A stretch of 62,662 bases of DNA, the filler included, from Limisphaerales bacterium (GTDB taxonomy: Bacteria; Verrucomicrobiota; Verrucomicrobiia; Limisphaerales; SIBE01): NCBI GenBank assembly GCA_044225505.1. It is 3 parts of 3 records of this genome, joined end to end, with 100 filler letters (N's around TTAATTAATTAA, not from the genome) between each part and the next. Parts side by side here need not be neighbours in the genome. Positions count along the whole stretch, not along the records: positions 30,066 to 59,489 come from JBGAIN010000098.1; 2 more parts are not named here. The stretch is one strand, 5' to 3'. Under the pieces are notes generated by a model. It saw only the letters and a list, made by a program, of their open reading frames with translations. It was not told where the DNA came from and did not search any database. Position 1 is the stretch's first letter. Each line of letters begins with the position of its first letter. Positions 29,966 through 40,873 of the stretch are shown one piece after another. Both the position numbers and the translations under genes were made by a program.

Positions 29966-30065
29966 NNNNNNNNNNNNNNNNNNNNNNNNNNNNNNNNNNN
30001 NNNNNNNNNTTAATTAATTAANNNNNNNNNNNNNNNNNNNNNNNNNNNNNNNNNNNNNNNNNNNN
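29966..30065. other. Artificial contig spacer N44-TTAATTAATTAA-N44
   Basis: 12-mer with stops in all six frames at 30010-30021; identical spacer at 59490-59589. Confidence 0.97.
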
Positions 30066-31957
30066 GTTGCGTAAGCCAGGTTAATCCCGGCGTTTTCGAA
30101 CACCTGAGTGGCGCGGACTTTGCCGACGGCATGACACGCAATGCACGAGAGTCCGCCGTCCGCTGAAACGAGCTTTCGGCCAACTTCCGCAGCGGCCGCG
30201 TCCGTCGAGGCCGTTTTGGGTGAAGTGGGCGGGTATCCATGCAGCGCAGCCATCCCGGCCGACAATCCTTGGGAGTACGCAGGAAAGCCGGGCATACGCG
30301 CCTCGAGCCAAGAACGCGGGCGGTAAGTGAGTTCCCCCGCGATGAACGGCCGGCTCCACTCCGGATTCAACTTCTCGCCAAGCCAGTCCAGGGGGGGGAA
30401 TCCCTCGAATTTGCCGTGGCACTCGGCACAACGAAGGTCACGCATCGCGAATTGAGCAAATTCGATAGGACTCGGTCGGTTTGGCTGCAACGGACCATTT
30501 GACACGTAAATTCGCAAGGCCTCCGTTTGTTGTGGAGTCAGGCTAAACCAGGGAACTCCCGAAACCGTGTGCGCCTGAGGGGACACACACAAGTTCGTCC
30601 ATGCCGACACGGGCACCGTGTCGAGTCGTTTTCCGGAGAATCGGTTCGGTAACGGCGAAGGGTGGCAATTAAGGCAACCCAAGGCTTGCACGACAGATTT
30701 ACCTTCCTCCACCAACGACGCTGTCGACGCAGCCGGCCCGCTTTGGGGGACATCGGTTGCTATCCCCTGGAGATACGATGCGAGCGCTTTGGATTCGTCG
30801 TCCGATAATTTGAAATTCGGCATGCGACTCCACACGTCGTGAGCTTCCGGTCGCTGAAGGTATTCGACGAGACTCTTCCAACCGAACTTACGCGTCACTT
30901 GGTGAAGCGGCACGCGCGTCGGATCGAGTTGACCACTCTGAGCCGTATCGTGACAAGCCGCACAGTGGAGCCCTTCAAACAGACGCCGTCCCGATTCCCG
31001 TTGCGCATTGTCCGCGCCCTTCGAGTCACCGCTTAGCGTTTCGTTTCCAAACCCATCTCGAAGCGAAGCCAAATACGCCGCCGCAGCCACAGCTTTGTCT
31101 TTCGCTGCCATTGAAAAAAAACGCGGCATTCGAGCATTCGCCCGAAGGGACTTGGGGTCAAGGATCCACTGCTCAAGCCACCCTTGCTGGCGGCGGGAGC
31201 CAATTCCATCAAAAGACGGACCGTCCATCGACGGTTCCGAGTTGGCTTTCCCCGTTGGTGCCGAAAGATGACAATTTGCGCATCGCAACTCCATGAAGAG
31301 CTCTCTTCCTAGGTGTCTGGCCTCGGTCTGCTTGAGACTCTCTGTCCCTGCTTCGTGCGAAAACAATCCTGGGGGAATGGGTTGAGTCCAGCTGCCTTTC
31401 GGCTTCCAACGCAGGCGCACGTAAGCGTCGCCGGGATGGCGGGCGAGAAACTTCGCCACAATCGAATTCGTTCCTTTGTTCAGCCGAGAAGCTCTTTCCG
31501 AAGTGATCCGCTGGTCTTGGCCCGTGCCTTGGAGAACAGTGGTCCCATTGATCTCCAAGTTAAACTGCCCATTTATCTCTGCTTCAAAAGTGTAATCGCC
31601 TCGAAGCTCCGCCGTGATCCAACCGCTCCACTCCGCTTGAAACGGGCCAGGTGACACGAACGACGTTGGAGCAGTATTGGCGGCGACGAACAACATGACA
31701 TTTGGCAGGACGATGCGATCTACCGCCGCCGCGTTCGACGCTCCAGTGAACGTAACGATCAACCCCGGCGCAAAAGAGGCCGCGGTCACAGACAGGACCT
31801 CCAGCTGTAACCAAATCAGCACCGCGATGGCCAAGCCGATCCCGAGATGATGACCCGCGGATTGAACTCGGAAACGGATCCGCCCGTCACCAACGCCGCC
31901 GCTGAACACCGTAGCGCGGGACTCAGCTCTAGCAAAAGAAGCTTGCGACCGACTCAT
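30066..31957 (-). CDS. Multiheme c-type cytochrome with an N-terminal PA14-like domain (3'-truncated)
   Basis: Hydrophobic N-terminal segment; FQAEWSGWI..GDYTF PA14-like strand; five CxxCH motifs (CANCH, CAACH, CLNCH, CAECH, CIACH); distal RMP motifs. Confidence 0.85.
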
Positions 31958-32118
31958 GAATGCCCGTCAGCATAGGCGCAGAGCCCGCATGGTCAAGTAA
32001 GGGGAAGCAGGGAACTGTTTTTCGGGAGGCACTCTCGTCACACTGATTTATGTTTTCACGGTTTGACGAGGGTGAGCTCAGATTTCTTGGACGCCGCCTC
32101 GAAGGAGAGCTAGACCGT

Positions 32119-32805
32119 ATGAATCCGCTTATATCGATACTCATTCCTGCCCATAACGAAGAAGCGTATATTGGCGAGACCTTGAAAGCGCTGCGTCTTC
32201 AGACGTATCGCTTTTTCGAGGTGATCGTCATTGCCAACGGTTGTACTGACCTGACCGCTCAAGTCGCCCACCCCCTTTGCGATCGCGTGATTGACCTGGC
32301 GGAGCGCGGGCTCGGTAAAGCGCGCAATACTGGCGGCGCCAAGGCGCGCGGCGAGCTTTTAGTTTTCCTGGATGCTGATACGAGACTCAATCCAGAAGCC
32401 TTGGCCGAAATTGCGCGCCAGTTCACCGCGGATTGTTCTAGTGCAACGATCGAAGGTCGTCCGGATGCGCTGCGGCTCCGCTACGCCGCCTATTACCATT
32501 TTAAGAACTGGATGCATCGGCGCGCTCTGCATTGCGGGAGTTCCGGCGTGATCTGCTGTTGGCGTGATCAATTCAAGGAGGTCGGCGGTTTTAACGAGGC
32601 ACTCCAAGTTCGGGAAAACAGCGAACTCATCCGTCGCCTCCGCCGCTTCGGTCGTTATCGATTCATTGCTGGCGCCCAGGCGATGACGTCGATGCGCCGT
32701 TACGAGAAAGGCGGGGCGGCCAAAGGGGCTTGGCAATGGGTTCGGATCTGGTTGAGATCGCTGGTCTCTGATCTGCACCATCGCACTTACGAGCCGATTC
32801 GGTAG
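32119..32805 (+). CDS. Glycosyltransferase family 2
   Basis: ISILIPAHNEE, NGCTD, ARNTG, FLDAD, GGFNE, TSMRR. Confidence 0.9.
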   Translation: MNPLISILIPAHNEEAYIGETLKALRLQTYRFFEVIVIANGCTDLTAQVAHPLCDRVIDLAERGLGKARNTGGAKARGELLVFLDADTRLNPEALAEIARQFTADCSSATIEGRPDALRLRYAAYYHFKNWMHRRALHCGSSGVICCWRDQFKEVGGFNEALQVRENSELIRRLRRFGRYRFIAGAQAMTSMRRYEKGGAAKGAWQWVRIWLRSLVSDLHHRTYEPIR

Positions 32806-32826
32806 GCCCAAGGGCTCCGCGCTGCA

Positions 32827-35406
32827 TCACGCGCGGCCGACGTACTTAATCTCTCGAATCTCGAGCTGGCCCTTTCTCGGTTCGTAGAAGGCTTTGCCGT
32901 TCTTCACGCCAACCAGGCCGTAGGAACCTGCTGCGGCGAAAAAGCTGCTGAAGTCGCCAGCGACATTCGGCTCCAAATACAGGATCTTCTCGATAGCGTC
33001 GTAACGCGCTCCCGATAGCCCTTGCAGCAGACCGTAGGAAGACATCGCTCGAGCATACCAATGGCCGCACTCGTATTCGTTGAATGGATTACGAACTTGA
33101 CCATCGTATCGTTCGCGGCATGTCTGGACGATATCCAGTCCTTCGGCGACCATCCCGAGACTCATCAAATGAGCCGCCACCTGATATTCAATCCCCGTCC
33201 ACACTTCGTTCGAATAGACAAACGGCAATGCCAGTTCGCCGCCTTTGGGCCAAGTGCAAAGAAGCAACCCGCCCTCCGCGCCGCAGGCGTAGGACGGTCG
33301 TTGAGGGTTTGGGTAACCGGAGAGGTCATGCTTGAGGTTATATTTGTGAATAGCTTTAAGATGACTGGCGACCTTCGCTCGATCGAGCACTTGCCCAACT
33401 CCACAAACGAGAGCAAGCCACGATCCAAGAACTCCATCGGACAAACACCCCAAACCATACTGATATTTAGGCCCTTCCTTTTCCATTAACGCCACCGCTT
33501 CCGGGGAGTAGTTACCACCAAAGCTCTTAACCTCCACCGGGTTTTTCGCGCGGAGCGTCTTCCATTCGATCTTCTGAATGAAATATTCCCCGTCAAATAA
33601 CTCCGTCTCCGTTCGCTGGGTTCCTTTCTCAAACAACTCGTTGTAGAGCGGAATGTCCTCACCTACCGCACGCGCCATCAACGAAGCGGCGCGGAGTGCC
33701 CCGAGGTAAAAGCTCGTGCACATACCATCCGGCCCCCAGAATTCGATGTCGTAGGTGTTGTGATGAGGTTCAGCCACGACTCCCTTATGGTCCGGATCCC
33801 AAGTTTCGATGCAGTAATCCAGGCTCTTTCGCACATTTGGCCAAAGGGCTTTCAACCACGCGGTGTCACCGCTAATCCGCCATTCACGAAAGACCTTCAT
33901 GATTCCGCCTAACTGCCCATCCGCAGCCGCATGGAAATCGTGGTCGACCGGTCGAATCGGCAGTGACGCCCGAAACGTCTGGTGACCCGCATCGCTCTGA
34001 GAAGGTCCGAATTCTGTTTCGCGTAAGGTTCGTTCCAGGGTTGGGAAAAGATGGGGGATAGCTTGCGCGTAGTTCCAAACGTGAGTGCACGAGCCATGGC
34101 AGCATCCCGAATTATCGGAACATCCTTCCCAGGACCAGAGCTTGCCATCGCTCTGGCGCATGACCGTCGGCGATTTGAGAATCGTCAAGTTAGCCGCAAT
34201 CGCTTCGAGGACCTCCGGTGGCAGTGTGCTTTCATAAAACGCACCGCTAAACCTCGCGGCATTTTCTCGAAGCTCGGCATAGTGATCGCGCCAATAGTAG
34301 CTGACAGAGTTAATATCGGTAAAACGCCCCGCATACCAGGGCCGGTGGTGTTCTTCGATCGCCGGTTTCCCGCCCGGGTCCTTCCCGATCCGCAAATTCG
34401 TCTGTCCAGAAAACCATGCTAACCGCAGGGAAATGGATTTGGTCTCACCTGGGCCAAGTTGAAAGGGGACAAACAGGGTCGCTCCGGGAGACGCTCCGTT
34501 TTCGGTGACAGGTGGACGATCCAAGCTAGCCGCTTCGCTGACATCCTTCCAGGCCATCGTCAGAGCATCCCACCACCCCCCCCGAAACCAGGCATAGTTA
34601 ACCCGGACACTAGGATCGGACACCATCACCGAAAGTGCCCCTTCCTCCCACGGCTTATCTTTGCCCGGGCCGCCCCACAAAATGAACCCACCTGCAATAG
34701 GCCGGACTGCGCCAGCGTTCTGCCCTATCGGCATGAAGTTTCTGGCATTGAACGAAAAGACCGCCTCGACCGCCGCTTTCCCGGAATTGGTGAACCGATA
34801 CTCCAGACCGGCCACCGGCAAACTCGAGTTGTCGGCGTCCCCAGGTTCAAATGGGCTCCAACCAGTAATGGCAACCTGGAGTGGCACTTGAGGATCTGCG
34901 AGATTAACGGTCGCAAAGGGGAATCGTGCTGCAAAGCTGGCTTCCTTAAACCGAGGGAGGCCAAATGATGTTCCAGCCGCGCCGTTACCTGTTCCCGGCG
35001 ACCCAAACAGCTTCCAGGGCGGAACCTGCCCTTCCAGAACTCGCGCGGATTTCGGCTGTCCTTTGATGGAAATCGCCGCGAAGGTCATCGGTTCGTTAAA
35101 GACCTCCGGTTTGTTTCGCAGTGAGACGTGTGAAAGCGCACCTGTCCCCTCCAAACAGAGCATGCCCGCACCTAAACCTCCGAGGGGAAACGCGACGCGG
35201 TTCAAATAGGCACCCGAGTAAGCGCCGTTGAAAGCGCGCTTCCGACCGGCACTAGAACGAGCGCTCGGATCGGTCGCTTTTTCATTCGCTTGAGCTGCCT
35301 GGCTTTCGCGGATATCCCCAGCGCCAGCCACCCCCACCGTGGCCGCTGAGAGTTGCAGAAACTTCCGGCGGGGCATGGACGGATTCTTCTTCTTCGGGTT
35401 GGCCAT
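32827..35406 (-). CDS. GH116 beta-glucosidase / glucosylceramidase-like, Tat-exported
   Basis: PRRKFLQ Tat motif; AFPLGGLGAG, WEG..GCC.GSCTHVWNY, AADGQLG, HNTYDIEFWG, EVWTGIEY, NPFNEYECGHWYARAMSS. Confidence 0.9.
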   Translation of the reverse strand: MANPKKKNPSMPRRKFLQLSAATVGVAGAGDIRESQAAQANEKATDPSARSSAGRKRAFNGAYSGAYLNRVAFPLGGLGAGMLCLEGTGALSHVSLRNKPEVFNEPMTFAAISIKGQPKSARVLEGQVPPWKLFGSPGTGNGAAGTSFGLPRFKEASFAARFPFATVNLADPQVPLQVAITGWSPFEPGDADNSSLPVAGLEYRFTNSGKAAVEAVFSFNARNFMPIGQNAGAVRPIAGGFILWGGPGKDKPWEEGALSVMVSDPSVRVNYAWFRGGWWDALTMAWKDVSEAASLDRPPVTENGASPGATLFVPFQLGPGETKSISLRLAWFSGQTNLRIGKDPGGKPAIEEHHRPWYAGRFTDINSVSYYWRDHYAELRENAARFSGAFYESTLPPEVLEAIAANLTILKSPTVMRQSDGKLWSWEGCSDNSGCCHGSCTHVWNYAQAIPHLFPTLERTLRETEFGPSQSDAGHQTFRASLPIRPVDHDFHAAADGQLGGIMKVFREWRISGDTAWLKALWPNVRKSLDYCIETWDPDHKGVVAEPHHNTYDIEFWGPDGMCTSFYLGALRAASLMARAVGEDIPLYNELFEKGTQRTETELFDGEYFIQKIEWKTLRAKNPVEVKSFGGNYSPEAVALMEKEGPKYQYGLGCLSDGVLGSWLALVCGVGQVLDRAKVASHLKAIHKYNLKHDLSGYPNPQRPSYACGAEGGLLLCTWPKGGELALPFVYSNEVWTGIEYQVAAHLMSLGMVAEGLDIVQTCRERYDGQVRNPFNEYECGHWYARAMSSYGLLQGLSGARYDAIEKILYLEPNVAGDFSSFFAAAGSYGLVGVKNGKAFYEPRKGQLEIREIKYVGRA

Positions 35407-35722
35407 AAAGATTGTATCGGTTGAGACTTTTGTTCGCGCTTGTCTCGGTGTCGTCCGCACGGGACCAGCCGCTCGCATCTCCAAAGAGAACAAGAGGCGT
35501 TCGCTTCCCTCGACACATAAGTACGCGGCGAACGTTGGGTCGGCCTGCGGATTTGTGTCAGCAATTGTTATGAAACAGAACGAGACGAGATGCAAGAGCA
35601 TCCTGTCGCCGCCCTGGCCACGGCCAACAATTCGCGATGCTATCCCTTCGGAAAGCGCCCGTCTCAGTCTTCGTTTCCAAAGAAAGCGAGACTTAGAGAA
35701 CGGAGAGAAAACTCTTAAAGGC

Positions 35723-36446
35723 TCACTGGTGCGAGGGTCCCCGCAGCAGTCGGATGCGATCTCGAAGATGCGCCGCTTGCTCAAACCGTTGCGTTTCGAT
35801 GGCCTGCCGAAGTTCTCGTTCCAAGGACTCTAACTCCGTAACGGGACGATTCTCGTCGATCTGGCTCGCCATGTCTCGCAGAGCGACCAGAGACCGCTCG
35901 CGCTCATACTGGAAGGTTTCATCCTCCATCACCTCCAGAGCTTCAATTAGAGCCACTGTCGCATGAATAATCTCGAGGGCGCGACCGAAATTCCCCTCAT
36001 CCAGCTCCGCCATCGCTTCGGCGGCGCCTTTCATTCTCAGGAGATACGGGCGCCAGGTGCACCAAGTCAAACAGCTCCAAGTTTCGGGTCGTGTCTCGGA
36101 CAGTGTCTTTCCAGGCCTTAGCTTGAAACAGATGCAAGTAGCGATAGTAGTAAAGCGTCCCCTCGGTGAACAATTCCGCACAATCCTCCGAACTCAACAT
36201 AAACTCCGCCCGTTGTCCTGACTTCTCCGCTGCCTTGAGACGTTCCAAGTGATAGACCAACGCCGATTCCTTGCCGTAAGGGCGTTCTCCATCAGGACGT
36301 CCCTCGAGTTCGTACTGCTCTATGCCTAAGGGCAATCGGACTTGGAGCACTTGTCGCCCATCGGACGCAGCGACCAACCGGACGTCATCGTCCGGATCAT
36401 ACGGCCAGTTCTTTAAGATTTGTCCCAGATCAACCTTCTCTTCCAT
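35723..36446 (-). pseudogene. UvrB/UvrC-motif-containing conserved protein, split by a frameshift near 36055
   Basis: Frame 1: WPYDP, DGRQVLQVRLPLGIEQYELEGRPDG, YYYRY, RDTTRNL. Frame 2: WRPYLLRM and UVR motif LERELRQAIETQRFEQAAHLRDRI. Confidence 0.8.
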
Positions 36447-36723
36447 ACCTCATCCATACAATGCGCGGACTCCTTCCTGAAATCAATTGTTGGCAAACTT
36501 CGCAGCACCGGAAAATCAAGTTGGATCTGCTTGACACACGCAGCCCACGCGGATTTGGGGTTGAAAAAGGAGGCTGGCGTCCGGAGATGGCAGGATCACA
36601 GCCCGTGCTATTGGGCCGTACCGCCTTCGATCAAGGGCTATCGCCCAAAGCGCGCCGGCAGCCGCGACTAGCTCTTTCGGTCTATTGTGAGACCACTAGT
36701 TACGTCGTAAAGCTATTCCCGTT

Positions 36724-37102
36724 ATGACAACTGAATTGCCTTTCTTTGGAACAACGCCTGGCCTCCGGCAGACGACTCGCCCCGTGCCTTTTATCGTCCG
36801 CCACCTCGCTGGATGCAAACCTAACCGCCTAGCTGCCTCCATTCGGATTCCTGTGACGCCGGCAAACCGCGTGTTGCTGCGTGACTTGCGAGCAGCGGAG
36901 CTTGTTGCTTGGCAGCGCGCCTTGCCCTCCAACGGAAGCAGCATGGCCGAGTGACCCCGTTGAATCGATGATCACTCTTGCCATTACTCTAGTTGTAGCT
37001 TGTCTGGGTTTCGGTTGGGCTTGGCACGACGAACCGTCCTCGTCCGCCCAACCGATACTCTCAGTCACCGACACGGAGCTGTCGAACGTGGGTTCTCTTT
37101 AA
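36724..37102 (+). CDS. Possible small membrane protein split over two frames
   Basis: ORF 36724-36954 overlaps ORF 36881-37102, which carries a TM-like helix MITLAITLVVACLGFGWAW. Confidence 0.3.
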
Positions 37103-37186
37103 CCGAAGGACCGCCCAAGGTCGGGGTTGCTTCTCGAGCTGCAACAGCGTATCACAGTTCCACAGATCCCTTGCTGCACAAGACCT

Positions 37187-38935
37187 ATGAGACGCGACCT
37201 GCTCATCCGACTCCATGCTGAAAGATCACGACCGTTTCAATCAAGGACGGCGATATACTTCCACAAAGCTCTCGGCCTAGACAGAGGCTTTGAAGGCCGT
37301 GGTCGGTTGCGCATCGCCCTGGGATTACTTCTTCTTGGAATAGCCTGTCCGAGTCACGCCGGGAATTTCCTCGAGGATCTGGCCAAGCCCCACGAGGGAC
37401 GCAGCATGCGGGCTACATCGACGATGCGAGTGGGCGAAGTTCGGCGTGGAGAGAAGCGCCAACTGAACCCGAATGCCGAACCTCGGGGCGATCTTGATGA
37501 ACAGAGCAATTTCGACAATTACCGGGTGCCTCCAGGCGAAACGCATGTATTGTTGGACGCGAAGGGGCCTGGCGTTATCACCCACCTCTGGATGACTTTC
37601 CTTGGGCCTGAGCCTCAGGACTGGGCTAAACAAGGCTCCGCCAACCATCAAGAAATGCTCCTCCGCATGTATTGGGACGGCAATGAACGTCCGGCAGTGG
37701 AAGCGCCCGTCGGTGATTTTTTCGCCAACGCCTTTGGAGAACGACGCGAGATCAACAGCTTGCCTGTCATCGTGGAAGATGCGGACTCCTACAATTGCTT
37801 TTGGCAGATGCCGTTTCGAAAGTCGGCTCGTATCGAAATCGTGAACCAAAGCGAAAAGCCGATTAGCCTCCTCTACTACAACATAGACTGGATCAAAAAG
37901 GACTCGATCCCAGACGAAACCCCATACTTTTATGCGCAGTACCGCCAGGAATATCCAGCCCAGAAAGGTCGGGACTATTTGTTACTCGATACGGTTGGAA
38001 AAGGCCACTACGTCGGGACGGTGTTAAGCGTGCGGACACGAAGTCCCGCCTGGTTTGGGGAAGGCGACGAGAAGATCTACATTGATGGCGAAGCCAAACC
38101 GTCTATTTGGGGGACTGGCACAGAAGACTATTTTCTTTCTGCTTGGGGTTTGAAGACCACGAGCACTCCCTATTTTGGCGTGCCTTACTTCGATCAGTGG
38201 GGGATTGTCGGTGGGCATACCAGCGCCTATCGATGGCACATTGCCGATCCCATTGTATTCAATACCGGCATTAAAGTGACCATCGAACATTTTGGCTGGA
38301 TCTCCCCCGATGAAAACCCGGAGCATAAGAGCACGAGTTGGAACGAACGCGAGGATGACTACTCGAGCGTGGCGTTTTGGTATCAGACAGGGCAACCGAC
38401 GTTCCGGGAGCGAGCTCCTGACGCCCGCCAGCGCAATCTCCCCAGTCTGGAACGCGTCACTGTTTACGCCCGTGATTTTCTGGAAGGCGCTGGGCACGGC
38501 AACGGCGCCGTCACCGCTCAACAACTTGAATTGTATCCCGGCAAGCAGCTCCTTTACATGCCAAAGCAAGCCGAGGGCGCTTGGCTGGAATTTCCGATTG
38601 TCGTGACGAAGAAAGAACCGTTGCGGCTCTTGCTCAACGTGACAAAAGCCAGCGATTTCGGTCAGTATCAAGCGTCTTTGAACGGGACGAAGCTTGGGGG
38701 TACAATGGACCTGTTCAGCCCCAAAGTGGTGAATGAGGAAGTGCATCTCCTCGATTTCTGGCCAGAGCCAGGCACCTACTCAATGCGCTTGGAATGCATC
38801 GGCAAGAACGTGCAATCGCAAGGCTATTACCTGGGGATCGAATCGATCCGGCTTCGGGAAAGACGACCTCGCGTCACAGAATTTGGGCACGAGAAGGACG
38901 CAGATTGGCGCGTTCAAAAAGCCCTTTATCAATAG
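37187..38935 (+). CDS. DUF2961 / GH172-family glycoside hydrolase with a C-terminal beta-sandwich; start uncertain
   Basis: GPGVITHLWMT, LRMYWDG..P.VEAPVGDFF, NCFWQMPF, GKGHYVG, WFGEGDE..YIDGE, GTGTEDYF, AYRWH..DP; signal-like IALGLLLLGIACPSHA. Confidence 0.88.
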   Translation: MRRDLLIRLHAERSRPFQSRTAIYFHKALGLDRGFEGRGRLRIALGLLLLGIACPSHAGNFLEDLAKPHEGRSMRATSTMRVGEVRRGEKRQLNPNAEPRGDLDEQSNFDNYRVPPGETHVLLDAKGPGVITHLWMTFLGPEPQDWAKQGSANHQEMLLRMYWDGNERPAVEAPVGDFFANAFGERREINSLPVIVEDADSYNCFWQMPFRKSARIEIVNQSEKPISLLYYNIDWIKKDSIPDETPYFYAQYRQEYPAQKGRDYLLLDTVGKGHYVGTVLSVRTRSPAWFGEGDEKIYIDGEAKPSIWGTGTEDYFLSAWGLKTTSTPYFGVPYFDQWGIVGGHTSAYRWHIADPIVFNTGIKVTIEHFGWISPDENPEHKSTSWNEREDDYSSVAFWYQTGQPTFRERAPDARQRNLPSLERVTVYARDFLEGAGHGNGAVTAQQLELYPGKQLLYMPKQAEGAWLEFPIVVTKKEPLRLLLNVTKASDFGQYQASLNGTKLGGTMDLFSPKVVNEEVHLLDFWPEPGTYSMRLECIGKNVQSQGYYLGIESIRLRERRPRVTEFGHEKDADWRVQKALYQ

Positions 38936-39129
38936 GTCACGTCTCTTCTAGATTGAGTTGACCGCCTGCCTGTCGGTCCTGAAAGTACGTTTGGCGCACG
39001 CATGGGTCCGTCCGAGCGATTCTATGCCTTCACGGCTTTCACAGCCATCCACACTCTTTAAATTGCAGAAAGGACTACGTTCCACTTGCTGCTCTCCAGG
39101 TCACCGACTACTGTGGGCCACTAGTTTGC

Positions 39130-40794
39130 ATGAGTTTCAGCGAGTTACTTGTCATTGGGCACCGAAATCCCGATACGGACGCGATTTGCTCCGCGATCGG
39201 CTACGCCGAATTCAAGCGGCGGACAGGCTGTCCGCAGGCAGTGCCAGCGCGCTGCGGCGATACGAATGCACGAATTGATTTTGTGCTTCAAACCTTTGGC
39301 GTGCAACCTCCGCGCTTTGTGCCGGACGTTTCCCCAAAGGTTCGCGACGTTATGCAACGCGAGTTGGTGAGCATTTCCCCGGGAGCCACTCTGGTGGAAG
39401 CCTTGGGTGTCATGGACGAGAAAGGAATTCGAGTCCTGCCTGTTTTGAATGCCGAGGGGGTCTGCCGCGGCCTCGTCTCGGTTTTCAAAATGAACAAGCT
39501 TTTTTGTCCAACGCCCAACCGCCTTTTTGATTCCCGACGAGTGTTAGCGACTGTCGCCAACGTCGCCCGCACCTTGAGTGCAGAAATCGTGACCGGAACG
39601 AATCTCGAACGCGAGGAAGACCTGATCCTGATGATCACGGTCATGGACGCCGCGACTTTCGCTAGTCGTCTGCGGAAGAATCCTCCCGAGAAACTCTTGG
39701 TGATCACGGGAGATCGAACCGAGATTCAGGCGCTTGCGGTTGAGGCTGGCGTTCGTGTGCTGGTTGTCACGGGAAGTACACAAGTGCAGCCGGAGATCGT
39801 AGCCAAAGCCGCTGCGAACGGGGTTAGCTTGCTCCTCTCCCCTCATGATACCGCCACCACCACCATGTTCTGCCGCGGCTCCGTCCAGGTCGAGCACATG
39901 ATTCATGAGCAATTTCTTTCTTTCCGAGAAGATGAATCGCTGGCCGCAACTCGAGGTGTAGCTGCCAATTCAAATTTCCATGCGTTCCCGGTGCTCGACG
40001 CCCACAAGCGAATGATCGGCATTTTAGCAAAATCCGATTTCCTGAGAAAAGTGGATCGAAAAATCATCCTCGTCGATCACAACGAACTTTCCCAGGCCGT
40101 TCCGGGAGCGGACGAGGTGGAGATTGTCGAAGTAATCGATCATCACCGGCTTGGAGCGCTGACCACCAACCAGCCGATTCTTTTCCGCAACGAGCCCGTC
40201 GGGTCGACAAGTACCATCGTGGCGGACTGTTTCTTTCGACAGCAAATCGAATTACCGCGTCCGATTGCCGGTTTGCTGCTGGCCGGTCTTGTTTCCGATA
40301 CGCTCAATCTCACGTCTCCGACCACGACGGAGCGTGATGTTCAAATCCTTAAACGCCTGGAAGAGATTGCCGCCATTCGGGCGGGGGAATTCATCGATAA
40401 GCTCTTTGCGTCGGGCTCGGTTCTTACCTCACTTCCTGCTCATCAGGCGATCAGTGCTGATTGCAAAGAGTTTTCACAGCACGGCCGCACGTTTAGCGTG
40501 GCCCAGATCGAGGAACTCGGTTTCGACGAATTCTGGAAGCAAAAAGAAGCCTTGGCGCTCGCGTTGGAATCGTATCGGCAAGAGCGAGCCTATTTCTTCT
40601 CGGCACTTTTGGTGACCGATATCGTGCGCAAGACTTCGCTTCTGCTTGTCACAGGAACGCCTCAGTTCTTAAAGGCCATCGATTATCCGGAGCAGGAAGA
40701 CGGTGTCTACGAACTGGCTGGGGTTGTTTCTCGCAAGAAACAGTTGCTCCCCTACTTGATTCATTGCCTCGAGCAAGGCGGTTTTCGAGCATGA
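39130..40794 (+). CDS. ppaC: Family II Mn-dependent inorganic pyrophosphatase with CBS-DRTGG insert
   Basis: GHRNPDTDAI, CBS pair, ITGDR, LVDHNE, IDHH, VSRKKQ. Confidence 0.93.
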   Translation: MSFSELLVIGHRNPDTDAICSAIGYAEFKRRTGCPQAVPARCGDTNARIDFVLQTFGVQPPRFVPDVSPKVRDVMQRELVSISPGATLVEALGVMDEKGIRVLPVLNAEGVCRGLVSVFKMNKLFCPTPNRLFDSRRVLATVANVARTLSAEIVTGTNLEREEDLILMITVMDAATFASRLRKNPPEKLLVITGDRTEIQALAVEAGVRVLVVTGSTQVQPEIVAKAAANGVSLLLSPHDTATTTMFCRGSVQVEHMIHEQFLSFREDESLAATRGVAANSNFHAFPVLDAHKRMIGILAKSDFLRKVDRKIILVDHNELSQAVPGADEVEIVEVIDHHRLGALTTNQPILFRNEPVGSTSTIVADCFFRQQIELPRPIAGLLLAGLVSDTLNLTSPTTTERDVQILKRLEEIAAIRAGEFIDKLFASGSVLTSLPAHQAISADCKEFSQHGRTFSVAQIEELGFDEFWKQKEALALALESYRQERAYFFSALLVTDIVRKTSLLLVTGTPQFLKAIDYPEQEDGVYELAGVVSRKKQLLPYLIHCLEQGGFRA

Positions 40795-40873
40795 GGTTGG
40801 CCGGGATTTGTCTGACGGATCGAGCGCAAATCGGCTTTTCAACCTGCGTCAATTTCGCCACTCTCACGCTGTC

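Noticed and set aside
29966..30065. TTAATTAATTAA palindrome inside N runs (also 59490-59589)
   Set aside because: Identical 100-nt six-frame-stop spacer added during contig concatenation. It is not biological, and ORFs running into it are truncated.
35407..35784. Long N-terminal extensions in the ORF track (GH116, also asd, ubiX, DUF5107, hoxF, radical SAM)
   Set aside because: They overlap neighbouring genes or precede clear signal peptides or family starts, so downstream starts were used.
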